Assembly: GCA_963823665.1 (NCBI GenBank)
Contig: CAWGMQ010000003.1
Coordinates: 960,001 to 1,024,000 of the forward strand
Length of the DNA stretch: 64,000 nt
Direction of reading: 5' to 3'
DNA from: an uncultured Planctomycetota bacterium
GTDB taxonomy: Bacteria > Planctomycetota > Planctomycetia > Isosphaerales > Isosphaeraceae
Positions 31,470-42,244 of this stretch are shown in pieces (within the stretch, counting starts at the first letter, position 1; the number at the start of each line of letters is the position of its first letter). The position numbers and the translations under genes were made by a program. The notes beneath the pieces were generated by a model. The model was not told the DNA's origin and did not search any database. It saw nothing but the letters and a program-made list of their open reading frames with translations.

Positions 31470-32681
31470 TCATGGCGGCGGGGATGAGATCGGGGATCCG
31501 GAGTGACAGAAAAGCACGGCCGTCGCAGCATACAACTCCGCGACCCGCACCAGGTCGTCGATCTCCACCCACTCCGAAACCGTGTGCTGACCGCCGGCCG
31601 CGGGCCGTGGGTGATGGCGGGTACTCGGGCCAGCGCCCAGAAGCTGTTGCCATCGTCGACGAACGGCTTGGGGCCTTCGTGGAGCGGCAAGCCCGAGCGA
31701 GCACTCGACCGGTAGCACGTCTGAAAGGCCTTCACGAGGGACGTATTGGCATCGAGGGCGAATGCATCACGGATCATCATCCAATCGCACGATATCGTGG
31801 TTCCCGTGGCGGCCGCGTGCTCTTCGAGCATGGCACGGAATGCCGTCTCCACGGCCCGATGGTCTTCCCCCGGCAGCCACCGCCTTGTGCCCTCGAGCCA
31901 TGCCTCGTGCGGGTACTGATTGAAGATCTCTCCGGAATGAATCTGCCCGATGAACGCGCTGGCCGCGCCACAGATGGGATGAGCGCGGGTAGCCGAGCTC
32001 CGAGTCGAGCTGCGAAAGCCGCTCGACCAAGCTTGCGGCAGCGAGAATGACGCTCGGCTCGTCGCGCGGGCGCATGACCTCGTGGACGGCGGCCCCCGCC
32101 CGGCGAATGACGACCTTCCACGTCGCCGAGCCGCGCCCTGCCACCGGAAGCACATCGCAGAGCGGCTCAGGCAAGAGCACGGCGTCACCATGCAGCCCTT
32201 CGCGGATGAGCTGATTGAGCTGACGGCCGTCGCCCCAGGGGGCCTCATGCAAGTCGTGAGCGGTCAGCAGCAGGGCGCCGGCCTCAAGGCAACAGGCGTC
32301 GCGCACCGCACGCAGGGCCTCCACGGCCGCGGCGATTCCGCCCTTCATGTCGGAGGCACCGCTGCCGGTCAGCAGGCTTCCTTCGATCCGCGGCGGCGTG
32401 AACGGCAGATGCACCGTGTCCAGGTGGCCGTTGAATTGCAGCGTCGGACCCGCCTTTGCACCCTCGAGGCGAACGGCGACGGCCGGAGCTGCCGGGTAAC
32501 CGCCGGAGGGCCGCTCGACCTTGAACCCATCGCGTTCGAGAATCTGCGCCAGCCGGTCGGCCGCCGCCTTGGCGCTACCCGTCGGGCTCGGCACCTCGAT
32601 GAGCGCCTCCGCCGTCTTGAGGAGACGCCCCCGGTCAACGTGCGACTTCACCCGCTCGAGCATCGCTGGATCCGCATTCAT
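31470..32681 (-). CDS. M20 family metallopeptidase (ArgE/DapE-like); frameshifts near 31990 and 31600
   Basis: FNGHLDTV, GSGASDMKGG, HE; continues in ORFs 31409-32248 and 31470-31718 (HTVSEWV). Confidence 0.85.
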
Positions 32682-32763
32682 GAGCGCCAAGTATATCCTC
32701 GATGGGACGATGTCTCCAGAAGGCGCAACGTCATTGGAGCAGTTGTCATCTCTCCTCTGTTCC

Positions 32764-33906
32764 TTACTTGCCGCGTCCCAGAACTTTCTGCGCCTCGACG
32801 GCGACCAACGCGCCCAGCATGCCTTGACCATAACGGGATGGGTGAACACCATCGAATGCGAGGTGGGTGGCTCCTCTGCCGGCCCGGAAACCCGGCCCGA
32901 GCCGCGCCGTATCAATCACATCAACCCGGGAATCGCCAGCATCTCTCCGCGCTTTGACCGCCGCTTCGATTTCTTCCCGATGAACGCCCAGCGGCGGGAC
33001 AACACAGAAGAACCGGGCCCGAGGGCAACTGCGCCTCGCCTGAGCCAGCCACGCTGTGTAGTCCGCGGTGATATTCTTCTCGTAGTCGTTCGTGCCGAGA
33101 CTGCAGAAGACATAGTCGGGCTCGGGCAGCAGCAGGCCGCCGGTGAGGCGGGAAGTCGCCATGTCATGATGGTCCCAGATTTGCGGCAGGGGCGGCAGAT
33201 TCAGTTGCCGCGTCAGGGCCAGACCGCCGGACCCGAGCTGGCCGTACTCGCAATCGAGGGCCGCGCAGACAATCGGGAACCAGGTCTCGCGCGCGTTGTT
33301 CACCTCCAGCTTTTGCCACGAAGTGAAGAGTCCATCGACTCCCACGCCTTCCGTGATCGAATCTCCAAACGCGATCGCAAGCCTGGGTCGCCGCAGATGC
33401 GGCAGCAGCGACGCGCCGTTTTCCAGTGCAATTCCCGCCACGCGCAGGTGGGTGATCGATGACTCCCAGCGCTTCTGCGTCAGGTCAGATGCCCGGAAAA
33501 AGACCTCGATCCGATGTGAGGCCTTCGCATCGAGCCCATTGGCCACCGGAACGACGTACGACGCCTCATCGCTCGAGAGCGGCACGACCTTGAACGGGCC
33601 GTCATCGACCGAAAACTCGATCACCGGCATGGACGCCGCGGGACAGCCGCGATTGATTGAGCCGTCGACGACGAGTCCGACTGAGGTACTTCCTCGGAAC
33701 GCCGCTTTCAGGTACGCTCCGGGCATGGCGGCCTCGGCGTGCGCCCTCGTGCCTTCGCCGGACCGCTTCCAGACGTACGGGGCCAGCAGGATCTGATCGT
33801 GATCGACGCGGAAGGTGACGCTTGCCGTGTCTTTCGGCTGAGTGTCGTCGGCGCGGGCGGCCCGGTGGAACGCCGACGCGGCCAGGATGATGATCAAGCT
33901 GCTCAT
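32764..33906 (-). CDS. Secreted SGNH/GDSL hydrolase
   Basis: FGDSITEG, LGTND, DGVHP. Confidence 0.9.
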   Translation of the reverse strand: MSSLIIILAASAFHRAARADDTQPKDTASVTFRVDHDQILLAPYVWKRSGEGTRAHAEAAMPGAYLKAAFRGSTSVGLVVDGSINRGCPAASMPVIEFSVDDGPFKVVPLSSDEASYVVPVANGLDAKASHRIEVFFRASDLTQKRWESSITHLRVAGIALENGASLLPHLRRPRLAIAFGDSITEGVGVDGLFTSWQKLEVNNARETWFPIVCAALDCEYGQLGSGGLALTRQLNLPPLPQIWDHHDMATSRLTGGLLLPEPDYVFCSLGTNDYEKNITADYTAWLAQARRSCPRARFFCVVPPLGVHREEIEAAVKARRDAGDSRVDVIDTARLGPGFRAGRGATHLAFDGVHPSRYGQGMLGALVAVEAQKVLGRGK

Positions 33907-33958
33907 GCCCGTGCCCGTGGTGGTTTTGGAAAAGAATGGTCACTCGACGAGGTGAAGC

Positions 33959-35173
33959 ATGACACCGGTAGATCCCGCTCGAATTCCCCCCGGCTCGCGG
34001 CGGCAGATGGAGATTTACCGGGCGGGCCTGGACGGGTGTCTTCCCAGCCAGCAGATCTCGCTCGAAGATCTCGATCGCCAGGCTGAGTCCGTGCTCGAAA
34101 AGCCCGCTTACGATTATGTGGCCGGCGGTGCCGGTGCGGAAGAGACCGTCCGCGCCAATCGCGAAGCATTCCGGCGCTGGCGGATCGTGCCGCGGTTCTT
34201 GCGCGATGTCGGGCGCCGCGAGCTGGGAGTGGACGTTCTGGGCGCACGGTTTCCCGTGCCGGTGATGATCGCGCCCGTCGGTGTCCTGTCGATTCTGCAC
34301 AAAGACGCCGACCTGGCGGTGGCTCGCGCTGCGAAGGCGCACGGCGTGCCGGTCATCCTGAGCACTGCGTCATCGAAGACGATGGAGGAAGTCGCCGCCG
34401 AGCTCGGCGACTCTCCGCGGTGGTTCCAGCTTTACTGGCCCAGCGACGCGGAGCTGGCGGCCAGCTTCGTGGCCCGCGCCGAAGCGGCCGGATATCAGGC
34501 CATCGTCGTGACGGTCGACACGGCCATGCTCGGCTGGCGCGAGCGCGACTTGCGGAATGCCTATCTTCCCTTCGTGCTGGGCGAAGGGCTTGCGAACTAT
34601 TTCAGCGATCCGGTGTTTCAAAAGCGGGTCGGCGGCGACCCGCGATCGAACCCCGCCCGTTCGATCGAGTACTTCCTCGGGATTTTCTCCGATACGCGGC
34701 ACACCTGGGACGACTTCAGCCGCTTGTGCAAATCAACGCGTCTGCCGGTCCTGCTCAAGGGCTTGCTCGACCCGGACGACGCGCGGAAGGCCGTCGAGCA
34801 CGGCGCGGCGGGCGTGATCGTCTCCAACCACGGCGGACGCCAGCTCGACGGCGCGATCGCCGCGCTGGATGCCCTGCCCCGCGTCGTGGAAGCCATCGGC
34901 GCACAATCCACCGTGCTCTTCGATAGCGGAATTCGCCGCGGCACTGACGTCTTCAAGGCGCTGGCACTCGGGGCCCGCTGCGTCCTGCTGGGGCGGCCTT
35001 TTTGCTACGGCCTGGCGATCGGCGGCGAGAAGGGCGTATATGAAGTGCTTTCAAATCTGATCGCAGACATCGATCTGACGCTGGCACTCTCGGGTTGCGT
35101 CTCCTTCGCGGAGGTGACGCGAGAGAGGCTGCTGGAGATCCCCTGCCCCGCGCCAATGGCCGAAGCGAGATGA
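33959..35173 (+). CDS. FMN-dependent alpha-hydroxy-acid oxidase / lactate 2-monooxygenase family
   Basis: YVAGGAG, WFQLY, TVDT, GWRERD, LLKG, SNHGGRQLDG, FDSGIRRG, GRP. Confidence 0.93.
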   Translation: MTPVDPARIPPGSRRQMEIYRAGLDGCLPSQQISLEDLDRQAESVLEKPAYDYVAGGAGAEETVRANREAFRRWRIVPRFLRDVGRRELGVDVLGARFPVPVMIAPVGVLSILHKDADLAVARAAKAHGVPVILSTASSKTMEEVAAELGDSPRWFQLYWPSDAELAASFVARAEAAGYQAIVVTVDTAMLGWRERDLRNAYLPFVLGEGLANYFSDPVFQKRVGGDPRSNPARSIEYFLGIFSDTRHTWDDFSRLCKSTRLPVLLKGLLDPDDARKAVEHGAAGVIVSNHGGRQLDGAIAALDALPRVVEAIGAQSTVLFDSGIRRGTDVFKALALGARCVLLGRPFCYGLAIGGEKGVYEVLSNLIADIDLTLALSGCVSFAEVTRERLLEIPCPAPMAEAR

Positions 35174-35407
35174 GCACGGGTCCGTGTGCCCAAGCTGTTC
35201 AGGCGGCGGCGGTACGCACGACCAGCCTCATGCCCGCCTCGAAGATCTCGCCGTGGGCTCCGATTCAAGCGCCCACCCGGTTGACACGCTACCCGGTCGC
35301 CCCGGCCCGCAGTTCGGGCCTATCGAGTCCCGTCGCCTGCCCGAGCCCCGCAACACTTGCGCTCACCTTTGTGTACCAATCGTGGGAACAGCTCCCGCAG
35401 ACCCCCC

Positions 35408-35528
35408 AAAACGTCGTCATCGTCGTCATCTCCTTGCAGCAAAAGCAGTTACGAATGACGACGTTTTAGAGTGCGAAAACCGCATCGAAGCATCTCTTGA
35501 GCCCGTCATCACTTGCGAATGACGACGT
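35408..35528. repeat. Cluster of direct and inverted CGTCGTCAT motifs, including a perfect 13-bp inverted repeat
   Basis: AAAACGTCGTCAT (35408-35420) vs ATGACGACGTTTT (35455-35467); further copies at 35421 and ~35519. Confidence 0.75.
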
Positions 35529-36145
35529 GGTATCGCTTGATGCGATGGTCGCGATCAAGCCATTCGGCGCCCCCGAATCAAATCGCATCGCCGCCGCCGA
35601 CGGTTCTGCTCCTACTCCCACTCCCACGCGAGGCATAACTCGCCTTCACCGTTCCAAAAAAATATAGTGAACAATTCTGTGGCGGATCCGTGGCGCATGG
35701 GCGGTCCACTGCCACGGTCTCATGGGCGAACCGGAAAGCCCGTCTGCGAATTCCGATGCTCCTATGCAATTTCGATTTGCGAAAAAACGACTCCACGTTC
35801 AGATACCCGCTACCCGCCTCAAAACGTGGCGGAAAATGGCGCATCCTGGAGGGATCTCCAGCATCCGTACATTAGTGTAAATCGTTGGGTCTCGAAGCGG
35901 CCGATGGCCGCCGCCCGCCATCGCCTGTTGAACACCGCTCAATGAAGTTCGACTCATGGTCTCCCTCGAAGTAGGTCAGACTTTCCGCCTGACGCATTGA
36001 CCCTACTCCGCGCCGACCCGCCGGCGCACGATGGTCCCTACCCCATATGATCGACAAAACCCGGTTTCCATTTGCCAAAAAGATGAAGTATTCGTCCATT
36101 CTCAGTATTCCGCCCCGGAGCAGCGGGACATTGCTCTCGCCCTTG

Positions 36146-36318
36146 TGACTCGATCGGTCGTTCTGGCGGAGAAGACTGGAATTCATGCGGTTGTGGTCGA
36201 CGCATTCGACGCGGAGGCCAAGTCGTTCTACGAGCGATTCGGGTTCTTGCCGTTGACCGACGATGTGACGCGTCTATTCCTGCCCCTGAGGACGCTGTTG
36301 TCGGCCGCAAAGGCGTGA
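36146..36318 (+). pseudogene. 3' remnant of a GNAT toxin gene (duplicate of 42850-43022)
   Basis: TRSVVLAEKTGIHAVVVDAFDAEAKSFYERFGFLPLTDDV closely matches the intact toxin C-terminus. Confidence 0.85.
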
Positions 36319-36378
36319 GATGCGCGGGGGCCATCGACGTGGGCGACCCCGTTGATTCCGCTGCGCTATGGCGCGGGG

Positions 36379-36384
36379 TATAAT
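36379..36384 (+). promoter_or_regulatory. TATAAT -10 box 10 nt before the SEFIR-STAND start; no Shine-Dalgarno
   Basis: Perfect TATAAT, conserved with identical spacing in copy 2 (43082-43087). Confidence 0.55.
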
Positions 36385-36394
36385 CGCGTGAATT

Positions 36395-39300
36395 ATGAGC
36401 CGGATTTCCGCCTTCATCAGCTACAGCCACGATTCGCCCGAGCACAGCGCTCGAGTGCTGGCTTTCGCGCAGGCGCTGCGAGCGCACGGTGTCGACGTCG
36501 AGCTCGACCAGTTCCACGGCGAAGAGATCGTCGATTGGCCGCGCTGGTGCAATGAACAGACGAGCCGCGAAGTCAACGACTTCGTGCTCTGCGTCTGTAC
36601 CGCGGAATATCGTCGCCGCATCGACGGACACGTCGCGCCGGAAGCAGGGAAGGGAGTCCACTGGGAGGGAAGTCTCCTCGACGACGAAGTGTACGACGCC
36701 AAGGGAAACGGACGGATCGTTCCGATCCTGTTTGATACTGATCCGGAAAGCGGGATCCCGCGGTTTCTGAGCGGCTGGACGCGCTGCCGCTTGAAGGAGT
36801 TTGCGCTCGACGATGCGGGATTCGAGCAATTGCTGCGAATTCTCACGGGACAGGCGAAGGTGATGAAGCAAGCGCTTGGGCCAATCCCGATCTTGCCCTC
36901 GCAAACCGTCGGAGCACCGGGACGCACGCGAGTCGCAGAACAGGGGAACGAGAGGGCGCAGCGCGAGGCGCACCGAGTCGCCCCGTCCAGGCTCACGCAC
37001 GTCGCTGATCGGTTATTCGGACGGGAGGCCGAATTCGCAAGACTCGATGCAGCTTGGAAACCCGGATCGGGAATTCGCGTCATTACGATCGTGGCGTGGG
37101 GAGGTACGGGAAAAACGTCGCTCGTGGCGAAGTGGGCCGCAAAGTTGGCGGCGCGCGATTACGATGGAGCCGACTACTTCGACTGGTCGTTCTACAGCGA
37201 GGGAACGCGCGATCAGTCGGGCGCGTCGGCCGACCAATTCATCCAGGCCGCGCTGGAGTTCTACGGGGATAGCCCAATGGCGCATAGCCCCGCCTCGGCC
37301 TGGGACAAGGGAGCGCGGCTGGCGCAATTAGTCGCGCAAAGAAGGACGCTCCTGATCCTCGACGGGCTGGAACCGCTCCAGCATCCCCCTGGCCCTCAAG
37401 CCGGCGAACTCAAGGACCCGGCAGTCACTGCCCTCTTGCGGGGGCTGGCGGGAAACAACCCGGGCCTGTGCGTTGTCACCACACGCGAGTGCGTGGCGGA
37501 CCTGGCCCAATTCCGCGACTTCACGGCGCCGGAGTGGAGGCTCGAGCGTCTCTCGAACGTCGCGGGCGCTGCCTTCCTCAAGAACCTCGGCGTCAAGGGG
37601 CCCGACGACGAAATCAGCAGGCTCGTGACTGACGTGCGAGGACACGCCCTGACACTCCAGTTACTCGGCCGATTCCTCGCCGACGCCCACGGCGGCGACA
37701 TCCGTCGTCACAAGGAAATCAAGTTCGAGGAGGCTGACCGGGAGCATCAGGGCCGCTCGGCGTTCAAGGTGATGGTCGCTTACGAGCACTGGCTGCAATC
37801 GGCCGGGCTCGACCGGCAACGAGAGCTCGCGGTCTTACGGCTCACCGGCCTCTTCGACCGGCCGATGCCACGCGATTGCCTGCAAGCCTTGCGCCGAGCC
37901 GGCGATTCCTGGCCTCACTGACTCGCTAGTGAAACTGAAAGACACGCAGTGGAACATCGCCCTGAAGCGGCTTGGCGAAGTGGACCTCCTGACGGTGACG
38001 CCAGACGCCATCGACGCCCATCCGCTGATCCGCGAGTACTTCGCGAAGCAGCTTCGCGAGATGCAGCTCGCAGCGTTCCAGGCCGCGCACTCGCGGCTGT
38101 TCGATCACTTATGCGAGACGACGGAGTATCGGCCCGATACACTCGAAGGCCTGCAGCCGCTCTACCAGGCTGTCGTCCACGGCTGCCTCGCCGGGCGACA
38201 GCAGGAGGCGTGCGACAAGGTTTACGACGACCGCATCCTGCGCGGCGCGGGGAGCGACGGCTATTTCAGCATTAAGAAACTCGGGGCAATCGGGGCCGAT
38301 CTCGCGGCGGTAACGGCGTTCTTCGACGAGCCGTGGAGCCGCGTCTCCCCGAATATCACCGAAGCCGCCCAGGCTTGGCTGCTGAACGAGGCCGCGAATC
38401 GCCTCCGTGTCCTCGGCCGGTTGACCGAAGCGCTGCAACCGATGCGTGCCAGCGTCGCGATGGTCGTTCAACAGAAGGACTGGAAGAACGCGGCGACAAC
38501 TGCCGGCGGCCTCAGCGAACTGGAGGTGACGCTGGGGCAATTGACGGACGCGGTGGCCGATGCCCGCCGATCGATCACCCACGCCGACCAGAGTGGCGAT
38601 GCCTTCCAGCGAACAATCAATGGCACCAAGGCGGCAGACGCCTTGCACCAGTCCGGCCAGCGGGCCGAAGCCGGTTCGCTCTTTGCCGAAGCCGAACGGC
38701 TGCAAGAGGAAAGGCAGCCTCAGTTTGACATGCTCTACTCGGTGTCTGGATTCAGGTACTGCGCCTGGCTCCTAGCCCCCGCGGAGCGCGCCGCCTGGCG
38801 GGCCCTCCTCCGTGCCACTGACTCCCAGTCTGCGGTGGACAAGCATGGCGAAGATGGCCCAGCTACGATTTGCGATGAAGTCGAACGACGTGCGACCACG
38901 ACGCTGAAGTGGGGGATCGACGCTGGGCTGTCCCTCCTCACCATCGCCCTCGATCACCTTACGCTAGCGCGCGCCGGGCTGCTACAGGCGATTCTGTCAC
39001 ACCCCGTGCGGCAGCCGTCGCTCGACCTGCCACACGTCGCCGCCGCCGTCGACGGCCTGCGTGCCTCTGGACAGTTGGATGACCTTCCCAAAGGCCTGCT
39101 CACCGCCGCGCTGTATCACTTCGTCCGCGGCGATGCCGCATCGGCCCGCACGGCCCTCGACCAGGCCCAGGAGATTGCCGAGCGCGGCCCGATGCCGCTC
39201 TACCTCGCCGACATCCACCTCCACCGCGCCCGCCTCTTCCGCGACCAGGCCGAACTCGCCAAAGCCCGCGACCTCATCCAAAAGCACGGCTACGGCCGAC

Positions 39301-39398
39301 GCAACGATGAGCTGGACGATGCCGAAGCAGCCGCCACGGAGTGGCCTGCATCAGCAATCTTGCACGTCGCGCGCTCCTCGAAATCGTCGGCACGGTGA
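36395..39398 (+). CDS. SEFIR/TIR-STAND NTPase-TPR protein (NLR-like), copy 1; 2-nt frameshift near 37893
   Basis: AFISYSHDS..H..RVLAFA..LR..GVDVELDQF; Walker A AWGGTGKT; Walker B LLILDGLE; VVTTR; GHALTL; HPLIREYF; helical repeats. Confidence 0.88.
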
Positions 39399-39536
39399 CG
39401 CCGACGACCACGATCTCCGTTGGGGCCCGCGACCGCGCCGGAAGCGAGATCGACGAATTCCACGGGAAAAGCGCAATCGGCCGCATCCCGGGCGGCGCGG
39501 CGCGGCGCGGTTTCCATCCCGTCCCGGCTTCCTTTC

Positions 39537-41933
39537 CTAGTTGCGTCCTGGTTTCGGACCCGCGTTGACCAGGTCGGCGTTCAGATGAATCGGTTCGCCC
39601 GGCTCAAGCGAGAAATCCGCCGTCTTCGTTCCGTACCGCACCTTGCAGGTGGCTGCGCTCTTGCTGCGGATTTCCGCCGACTGGAGTTTTCCGTTCTTCC
39701 ATTGCATGTCCACCTCAAATCCACCGCGTGCCCGCAGACCGTTGACAGAGCCGTCGGTCCAACTGGGAGGCAGCGCGGGCAGCAAGCTGATCTCGCCGGC
39801 ATGGCTCTGAAGCAGCGCCTCGGCCACGGCCGCCGTGAAGCCGAAGTTGGCGTCGGACTGATTGGAACCCCGATTGTGCAGGTTGGGGGCAAGGGAATTG
39901 CGCACGAAACTTTGCATGCCCGCGCCGACTCTGTCGCCGCGCTCCAGGCGCGCCCACACGCAGATGTCCCAGGCGGCAGGCCAGCCGCCGCCCCGGCGGC
40001 GAGTTTCCATCCATTTAGCGATCGCGGCGGCCAAGGGCGGATCGCGGCGGAGCGTGATGGAACTGCCCGGATAGAAAGCGAAGTTGGGCGACATGTTGTG
40101 CCCTCCCGGCCCTGGCTTCCAGTCCTCAATCCACTCTTGAAGATGGCCCGAGCTGTTGATCTGGTATGGAGGAATCCTGGTCAGAGCAGCTTTCAGCTTG
40201 GCGCGGAACTCCTCGTCGACGCCAAGCAGGTTGCCAGCCTGAATGCAATGCAGGAACAGCTCCCTGATGATGGCCACATCCATCGTCGGCGAGGGGGAAA
40301 GAAAGGCCACCTTTCCGCTCGAGTCGTAGTATCCATGTTCGGGTGACATGGAGAAAGGCGTCACCAGCCAGTGATGCTTCGGCTCTTCCACCATCACATC
40401 CAGCAAGAACTGGGCGGCACCCTTCATTACCGGGTAATACTCCCTGAGGAAGTTCTTATCGCCCGTAAAGGCGTAGTGCTCCCACAGGTGATGGCAAAGC
40501 CAGGCTCCTCCCACAGGCCACATTCCATATCTTGCGGCATCGACCGGCGCCGTCCCCCTCCAGAGATCGAGATTGTGGTGCGTCACCCAGCCGCTAGCGC
40601 CGTAGTAGGTCTTCGCCGTTGTGGCGCCGGCGACTGAGATTTCCCGGAGCAGCTCGAACAGCGGCTGGTGGCATTCGGATAGATTGCAGACTTCAGCCGG
40701 CCAGTAGTTCATCTGGGTATTGATGTTGATGGTCCACTTGCTGCCCCAAGGCGGGGAGACCGATTCGTTCCAGATTCCCTGGAGGTTGGCCGGTTGTCCG
40801 CCGGCACGGCTGCTCGAGGCCAGGAGGTATCGGCCGAATTGGAAACAGAGGGCCTCCAGATTGGGATCAGTGGCGCCCTCTCGAACCCTGAGTCGCTCGT
40901 CGGTCGGTTTCTCGTTCTTAGAGCCGTCTCCGACACGGAGATGCACGCGGCCCATGAGTGCGCGGAAGTCGGTCTCGTGCCGGCGGCGGAGCGCGCTGTA
41001 CTCCATGCCGGCGGCGCCCGAGAGAACTTTTTCGCAGGCCGCCGCGGGATCGCCGCCGATGTCGTGGTAGTTCACGAAGCTGGTTGCCGCGGTCAGGATA
41101 AACGTCACCGCGTTAGCGCCTTTGATGCTCACGCTGGCATCTTTGGCTTGCGATTCTCCGCCGTCATTAAGCACCATCAGCACAGCTTGGAAGCGCATCC
41201 CGTCGCCCTCGACCGGCGCGATCAGCCAGTAGTTTCCCGGAATCGGGCCCTTCCAGCATCCGTCCATGACCAGCTTGCCGGGTTTCGCGTTCACCCCGCG
41301 CAGGTAAGGGCTCTTCAACGCCGCTTCCACCGAAACCCGCCCAGGTTTGTCGGCGGCAACGTGGACTACCAGCACGCGATCCGGGTAAGAGATGAAGGTT
41401 TCACGAGTGAAGACGGCATCGCCCGCGCGGTAAGAGACCGTTGCCACGCCGGTCTCCATGTTCAGCTCACGGCGGTAGTCGGCGGCCTGCTCGACACCGT
41501 TGAAGGAGAGCAGCAGATCGCCCAAGGGCTGATAGGCCTGCTGAGCGGCGGGAACACCCCAGAAGTGCTCGTCGGCCATCTTCTCGGCCTCCTGGAACTT
41601 TCCCGCGAAGACCAGGTCGCGGATCTGCGGGAAATACTTGATCGCTTCGGGGTCGTTATAGTCGTGAGGTCGGCCCGACCAGAACGTGCACTCATTCAGC
41701 GCGATCCGCTCGCGCTCGACGCCGCCGGAGACCATCGCCCCCAGGATGCCGTTGCCGAGCGGCATCGCTTCCGGCCATCTTCCGGCCGGTTGGCGGTACC
41801 ACAGCACCATGGTTTGCTGCGGGCTGCTCGTGTTTTGCCTGGCGGGATCCGCCGCCGCGGCGGGAACGGCCGCGAGCGACAAAAGCAGGGTAGACACGAG
41901 CGCAGCGATCACGGCCATCGGTCCGCTTCTCAT
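39537..41933 (-). CDS. Glycoside hydrolase family 95 (alpha-1,2-L-fucosidase-like), secreted
   Basis: LWY.QPA..W.EAMPLGNG, YQPLGDL, FQFGRYLL, PANLQGIWN, W.ININTQMNYW, SPEH, DANFG, LLQSH, GLRARGG. Confidence 0.95.
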   Translation of the reverse strand: MRSGPMAVIAALVSTLLLSLAAVPAAAADPARQNTSSPQQTMVLWYRQPAGRWPEAMPLGNGILGAMVSGGVERERIALNECTFWSGRPHDYNDPEAIKYFPQIRDLVFAGKFQEAEKMADEHFWGVPAAQQAYQPLGDLLLSFNGVEQAADYRRELNMETGVATVSYRAGDAVFTRETFISYPDRVLVVHVAADKPGRVSVEAALKSPYLRGVNAKPGKLVMDGCWKGPIPGNYWLIAPVEGDGMRFQAVLMVLNDGGESQAKDASVSIKGANAVTFILTAATSFVNYHDIGGDPAAACEKVLSGAAGMEYSALRRRHETDFRALMGRVHLRVGDGSKNEKPTDERLRVREGATDPNLEALCFQFGRYLLASSSRAGGQPANLQGIWNESVSPPWGSKWTININTQMNYWPAEVCNLSECHQPLFELLREISVAGATTAKTYYGASGWVTHHNLDLWRGTAPVDAARYGMWPVGGAWLCHHLWEHYAFTGDKNFLREYYPVMKGAAQFLLDVMVEEPKHHWLVTPFSMSPEHGYYDSSGKVAFLSPSPTMDVAIIRELFLHCIQAGNLLGVDEEFRAKLKAALTRIPPYQINSSGHLQEWIEDWKPGPGGHNMSPNFAFYPGSSITLRRDPPLAAAIAKWMETRRRGGGWPAAWDICVWARLERGDRVGAGMQSFVRNSLAPNLHNRGSNQSDANFGFTAAVAEALLQSHAGEISLLPALPPSWTDGSVNGLRARGGFEVDMQWKNGKLQSAEIRSKSAATCKVRYGTKTADFSLEPGEPIHLNADLVNAGPKPGRN

Positions 41934-42165
41934 ACAACGCCCCCTTCATTAGTCAGCCTGGCGTTCGAATGCGTGTCCTGGCCCTGCTCAGGGACGAGCT
42001 GGCTTCAACGATAAATTACATTTGCTTCGGTGCTAAAAGAAGAAGGGAGTCTCGAACAGATTCTTGGGCGCAAGCTCCGGGTATGCACCAGGCGTCGGAA
42101 GTCGGCGGCGACACTGGCAGTCTATGCTGTACCCGACGACTTCAGCCGGAGGAGGTGACCCGCTT

Positions 42166-42209
42166 TGGGAAATTCCCACTTGACTGTTTTTCCCACGACG
42201 ATGTATCTT
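42166..42209 (+). promoter_or_regulatory. Candidate TA promoter (TTGACT-N18-TATCTT) with adjacent palindrome TGGGAA-A-TTCCCA
   Basis: Palindrome 42166-42178, -35 at 42180-42185, -10 at 42204-42209, extra TTCCCA half-site in the spacer. Confidence 0.5.
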
Positions 42210-42244
42210 CGAGTCGATGATGCAGGGTGGAGGAGGGGCGAAAA

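Larger units (their letters stand above)
36146..39498 (+). repeat. Diverged direct duplication, copy 1 (partner 42850-46465)
   Basis: Collinear nucleotide similarity from the GNAT 3' end through the STAND gene into the small downstream ORF. Confidence 0.92.

Noticed and set aside
26955..35173. Mycofactocin cluster (MftE-like creatininase plus MftD-like flavoprotein)
   Set aside because: No precursor peptide, RRE or radical SAM gene; the two genes are ~6 kb apart and generic family members
39537..41933. GH95 as cargo of a composite transposon bounded by the duplicated module
   Set aside because: The flanking repeats encode no transposase, and no terminal inverted repeats or target duplications were seen
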